From: Clostridia bacterium
Lineage (GTDB): Bacteria > Bacillota > Clostridia > Oscillospirales > CAG-272
DNA length: 64,000 nt
Reading direction: 5' to 3'
NCBI GenBank assembly: GCA_017507145.1
Contig: JAFWBJ010000107.1
Location: forward strand, 3,712 to 67,711
Made by a program: the position numbers and the translations under genes. Below, piece by piece: positions 60,912-64,000 of this stretch (its first letter is position 1; every line of letters starts with the position of its first letter). Below the pieces are notes generated by a model that saw nothing but the letters and a program-made list of their open reading frames with translations, was not told where the DNA came from and did not search any database.

Positions 60912-62271
60912 TGTTTGGGGAACAATCAATCTGATTGCCGTTCTGCTGATGAGCCTGCTGGCGGCAAACATGCTGAAAAAATCGGTCAAGTTTCTGCGCG
61001 TGTCGCTGATCCCGACTTCGGTGCTCGGCGGCGGCATCCTGCTTGTGTTTTCGGGTATCTATATCCTGTGCACGGGCGAGAACGTGTTTAATACCGAGTT
61101 CTTCGGCGGAAGAGGCTCAGCTCTGCTCGAGACTATTACCTATCACACGCTGGCACTCGGCTTCATTGCCTCGGCACTGAAAACCACCGAGGGCAAGCTT
61201 TCCCGCCGCCGCACGGTGGAGATCTTCGACACCGGCGTGACCACCGTTTCAACATATCTGCTTCAAGGCGTGGTTGGTATGGCCATTACCATGGTGGCTG
61301 CGCTGGTGATGAATAATTTCTTCCCGGCCGCAGGAATCCTGCTGCCCTTCGGCTATGGCCAGGGGACCGGACAAGCCCTCAACTACGGCGGTATTTTCGA
61401 GCACGATTTTGGCTTTGACGGCGGAAAAAGCTTTGGCTTGACCGTTGCCGCGCTCGGCTTCCTTTCGGCCAGTATCGGCGGCGTTATTCACCTCAATCTG
61501 CTCAAGCGCCGCGGCAAGATCCTTTTGCCCAGCGGTGAGGAGGGAAGTCTGTCGTCGGAGGAGATCCAGTCGGACTGCGAGATCCCGATGCAGGGCAGCA
61601 TGGACAAGATTACCGTGCAGATGGCGATCATTGCCGCCGCATATTTCCTTTCGTATCTGATGATGCTTCTGCTTGGCAAACTGGTGCCGGGCTTCAAGTC
61701 GGTCATCTACGGCTTCAACTTCATCCTCGGCGTTCTCAGCGCCGCCCTGGTGAAAGCGATCCTGAATTTCCTACGCCGGAAGGGAATGGTCAAAAAGCAG
61801 TATACCAACAACTTCCTGCTGACCCGCTGCAGCAACTTCTTCTTTGACATCATGGTGGTCGCCGGCATTGCGGCCATTCGCCTCAGCATCCTCGAACGCT
61901 ATTGGGGAATTCTTGCTATCCTCGGTGTGGCCGGTGCTGTGATTACCTATTGCTATACACACTTTGTCTCCAAGAAGCTTTTCCCGGACTATGCCGAGCA
62001 GCAGTTCTTAATGATGTACGGCATGCTGACCGGCACAGCAAGCACTGGTATCATTCTCCTGCGTGAGATGGACGGAAACTTCGGAACGCCGGCTGCCGAT
62101 AATATGGTCTATCAGAATTTCCCGGCCATCGTATTCGGTTTTCCGCTGATGTTCTTAGCGACGCTTGCTCCTGTCCGCCCCGGACTGACCCTGGTGATTC
62201 TGTCCCTTTTCTTTGCGGTGCTGAATCTCATCCTCTTCCGCGGATGGATCTTCCGAAAGAAAAAGAAATAA
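60889..62271 (+). CDS. sodium/glutamate symporter-like (GltS/ESS-family) membrane transporter
   Basis: About 11-12 TM segments. The N-terminal LLAANMLKKSVKFLRVSLIPTSVLGGG resembles the GltS N-terminus. The family call is tentative. Overlaps the upstream gene by 23 nt. Confidence 0.55.
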   Translation: MENFWDSNVWGTINLIAVLLMSLLAANMLKKSVKFLRVSLIPTSVLGGGILLVFSGIYILCTGENVFNTEFFGGRGSALLETITYHTLALGFIASALKTTEGKLSRRRTVEIFDTGVTTVSTYLLQGVVGMAITMVAALVMNNFFPAAGILLPFGYGQGTGQALNYGGIFEHDFGFDGGKSFGLTVAALGFLSASIGGVIHLNLLKRRGKILLPSGEEGSLSSEEIQSDCEIPMQGSMDKITVQMAIIAAAYFLSYLMMLLLGKLVPGFKSVIYGFNFILGVLSAALVKAILNFLRRKGMVKKQYTNNFLLTRCSNFFFDIMVVAGIAAIRLSILERYWGILAILGVAGAVITYCYTHFVSKKLFPDYAEQQFLMMYGMLTGTASTGIILLREMDGNFGTPAADNMVYQNFPAIVFGFPLMFLATLAPVRPGLTLVILSLFFAVLNLILFRGWIFRKKKK

Positions 62272-62278
62272 GTTTTCG

Positions 62279-62310
62279 GCCTCCGAGACATAGCCTCGGA
62301 GGCTGTTTTC
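62279..62310 (+). terminator. intrinsic terminator after the GltS-like gene
   Basis: GCCTCCGAG-acatagc-CTCGGAGGC followed by TGTTTTC. Confidence 0.75.
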
Positions 62311-62626
62311 TCCGGAATTATTTTTGGTTCTCCGGCGCGTATTTGGTGAAAATGTGACCGGTGACAACCGGAAAACGTGCAGAATAGCTTTACCAGCGCC
62401 GGAACGGCGGCGCGTGATGCGCTTCATTTTGCCGCTCTTTCGATAACACGTTCGCGGTGCCGACAGAATCCGCAGAATATCGAAAAAAATTGCCATTCAT
62501 ATTTCTATCATGGCCGACAATAATAATGCCAGAGGACGCGCCGGAAACGTCGCGGACTCAATTCAAATAGATTGTTGACACGTCCGCGACGCAATCGTGA
62601 GCGCGACGGCACAGAAGGAGTATATC

Positions 62627-62824
62627 ATGGCAAGCAACAAGACTCTTGTTCCCGAAGCAAAGGAAGCTCTTGACCGTTTCAAGATGGAGGCAGCAGCCGA
62701 GGTTGGCGTAAACCTCTCCCAGGGCTACAACGGTGACCTGACCGCAAAGCAGGCCGGCTCGGTCGGCGGCCAGATGGTCAAGAAGATGATCGAGAAGTAC
62801 GAGAACGAGATCAAGACCAAATAA
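62627..62824 (+). CDS. alpha/beta-type small acid-soluble spore protein
   Basis: 65 aa. LVPEAKEALDRFKMEAAAEVGV...LTAKQAGSVGGQMVKKMI is the SASP signature. GAAGGAG RBS and a strong terminator. Confidence 0.9.
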   Translation: MASNKTLVPEAKEALDRFKMEAAAEVGVNLSQGYNGDLTAKQAGSVGGQMVKKMIEKYENEIKTK

Positions 62825-62840
62825 CCATGCCGCAAGGCGG

Positions 62841-62870
62841 AAGAGACGGGCACAGCCCGTCTCTTTTTTG
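62841..62870 (+). terminator. intrinsic terminator after the SASP gene
   Basis: AAGAGACGGGC-aca-GCCCGTCTCTT followed by TTTT. Confidence 0.8.
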
Positions 62871-62938
62871 CCGAAAAAAGAGAGGATGCTGCGAGATAAT
62901 TTGTATTGATAATATCAAAAGTATTATTGAATAGAATA

Positions 62939-62967
62939 TTGCTTTTCGGTGTGGAATCGTGTACAAT
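62939..62967 (+). promoter_or_regulatory. sigma-A-type promoter for the FAD oxidoreductase gene
   Basis: TTGCTT, 17 nt ending GTG, TACAAT. Confidence 0.5.
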
Positions 62968-62976
62968 AAAGGTGTC

Positions 62977-63075
62977 ATGATGATTATGCATATTTTGGAT
63001 GCATGCGCCCCGGAGCAGAGCGAATCCGGTTGGTATATGGCCAGCGCGGTATATGCACCGTATTTTTCGAAATGA
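62977..63075 (+). CDS. possible 32-codon upstream ORF (MMIMHILDACAPEQSESGWYMASAVYAPYFSK)
   Basis: Read by eye in the leader of the next gene. AAAGGTG precedes a cluster of ATGs. The TGA stop overlaps the GAGGT Shine-Dalgarno of the downstream gene. No conservation data. Confidence 0.2.
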   Translation: MMIMHILDACAPEQSESGWYMASAVYAPYFSK

Positions 63076-63085
63076 GGTAAGACAG

Positions 63086-64000
63086 ATGAGTGAGAACAGC
63101 GTCAAATTGACAAAGAACATTCCGGTAGCCCATACTTGTGACGTGCTGGTTGTGGGCGGCGGTCTCGGCGGTGTGGCGGCGGCGATTGCGTCTGCACGTG
63201 CCGGTGCGAAGACCATTCTGATGGAGAGAAACACCTTCTTGGGCGGCGTGGCAACGGCCGGTCATTGCTGCTCAGTTTTTAACTGTATGTTCAGCCATGA
63301 CCATGAGCTGCTGGTCAAAGGCCTCCCGTTTGAGATTACCCAGTATCTTGCCGAGCACGCAGGCCCCGGCGTGACCTGGCAGAAGCATCGCGGTCATGTG
63401 ATTTATGACGTCGAGTTGGGTAAGCTGGCGCTGATGGATATGGTCACCGAGAGCGGCGTTAAGGTGCTGCTCGGCGCGGCGTGCGCGGATGCCATCGTCG
63501 AGGACGGAGAGATCCGCGGCGTGGTTTTTGTTGGCCGCAATGGCCTTGAGGCAGTCTCGGCCAAGCGCGTTATCGACGCCACCGGTGACTCGGATGTTGC
63601 TGCCCTTGCCGGCTCGACCATCAAGACTATGCACGGTAAATCAACCTATTGCTTCCGCGTCGGTAATGTCGATGTGGACAGGTTCATTCAGTATTTTATC
63701 GACCATCCGGGCGAGTACCCCGATTACATGGACATCGAGTGGACCTTCGACGATGCACTTGCCCAGTATCGCGAGAACGGTACCTTCCTCTTCCCGCACG
63801 GCGGCGGACATCAGCTTTCGCTGGTCAAGCAGGCCTGCGCCGACGGCCGCTTCAGCGAGGTCTGGGAGGATATCGTGGCGATGGATGCTATGCAGATGCA
63901 CGCCATCCGTAAGAACGGCACCGTCCATTTCATCACCGGCTTCTTTACGCTGGACACACTCAACAGCGACGAAATGAGCATGCGTATCCAGCAGGGCAAG
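63086..64000 (+). CDS. FAD-dependent oxidoreductase (FAD_oxidored/GlcNAc-related type), 3' end outside the window
   Basis: Not in the ORF track because there is no stop before the window end. ATG 63086 lies 7 nt after GAGGT. CDVLVVGGGLGGVAAAIASARAGAKTILMERNTFLGG Rossmann motif and IDATGDSDV. The frame is open for 305 codons. Confidence 0.75.
   Translation, partial: MSENSVKLTKNIPVAHTCDVLVVGGGLGGVAAAIASARAGAKTILMERNTFLGGVATAGHCCSVFNCMFSHDHELLVKGLPFEITQYLAEHAGPGVTWQKHRGHVIYDVELGKLALMDMVTESGVKVLLGAACADAIVEDGEIRGVVFVGRNGLEAVSAKRVIDATGDSDVAALAGSTIKTMHGKSTYCFRVGNVDVDRFIQYFIDHPGEYPDYMDIEWTFDDALAQYRENGTFLFPHGGGHQLSLVKQACADGRFSEVWEDIVAMDAMQMHAIRKNGTVHFITGFFTLDTLNSDEMSMRIQQGK

Noticed and set aside
1-64000. 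Scanned for CRISPR-like regularly spaced repeats, rRNA segments, IS terminal inverted repeats, and known defence-gene motifs.
   Set aside because: Nothing found by eye. The only exact tandem repeat is the 23-bp duplication at 45042-45087. A computational repeat finder would be needed to exclude diverged repeats.

Overview
This is a 64-kb chromosomal window from a high-GC, endospore-forming Clostridia-type Firmicute. That assignment is an inference from gpr-spoIIP, a pro-sigma-K gene, an alpha/beta SASP and an IspH-S1 fusion. I call about 58 tightly packed protein genes on both strands and one tRNA-Arg(CCG). Most of the content is housekeeping or sporulation-related:
- MoxR-DUF58 cassette, cmk-plsC-ispH/rpsA, nagB and putP.
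- metY, glnS and gltX, birA, a Xer-type recombinase and yajC.
- mutY, an M23 peptidase, an ABC exporter, aspartate kinase, HIT and recQ.
- metNIQ, two HAD paralogs, sigK and a SASP.

I saw no rRNA, CRISPR array, transposase, phage structural gene or recognisable defence system, and I cannot claim a clear novel multi-gene system. Regulatory signals are unusually easy to read. There are more than 15 near-consensus TTGACA-17-TATAAT promoters and many GC-rich intrinsic terminators.

The observations most worth follow-up:
1. An XRE-HTH/S24 (LexA/CI-like) autocleaving repressor at 53397-54161. It faces a 94-aa membrane protein driven by a perfect consensus promoter, and TTCCG-N4-CGGAA operator-like repeats flank both. 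The layout resembles lexA/yneA and lexA/sosA, but with a non-LexA repressor.
2. A 185-bp intergenic cluster of nested stem-loops at 30821-31005, including a compact three-way junction with a GAAA tetraloop.
3. A very short promoter-proximal terminator/antiterminator leader ahead of aspartate kinase.
4. A TerB-N/TerB-C protein whose consensus promoter abuts a perfect 16-bp palindrome.
5. A lower-GC, glycan-enzyme-like block abutting the 3' side of tRNA-Arg.

All calls come from reading the sequence and the ORF track by eye. No database search or folding computation was run.
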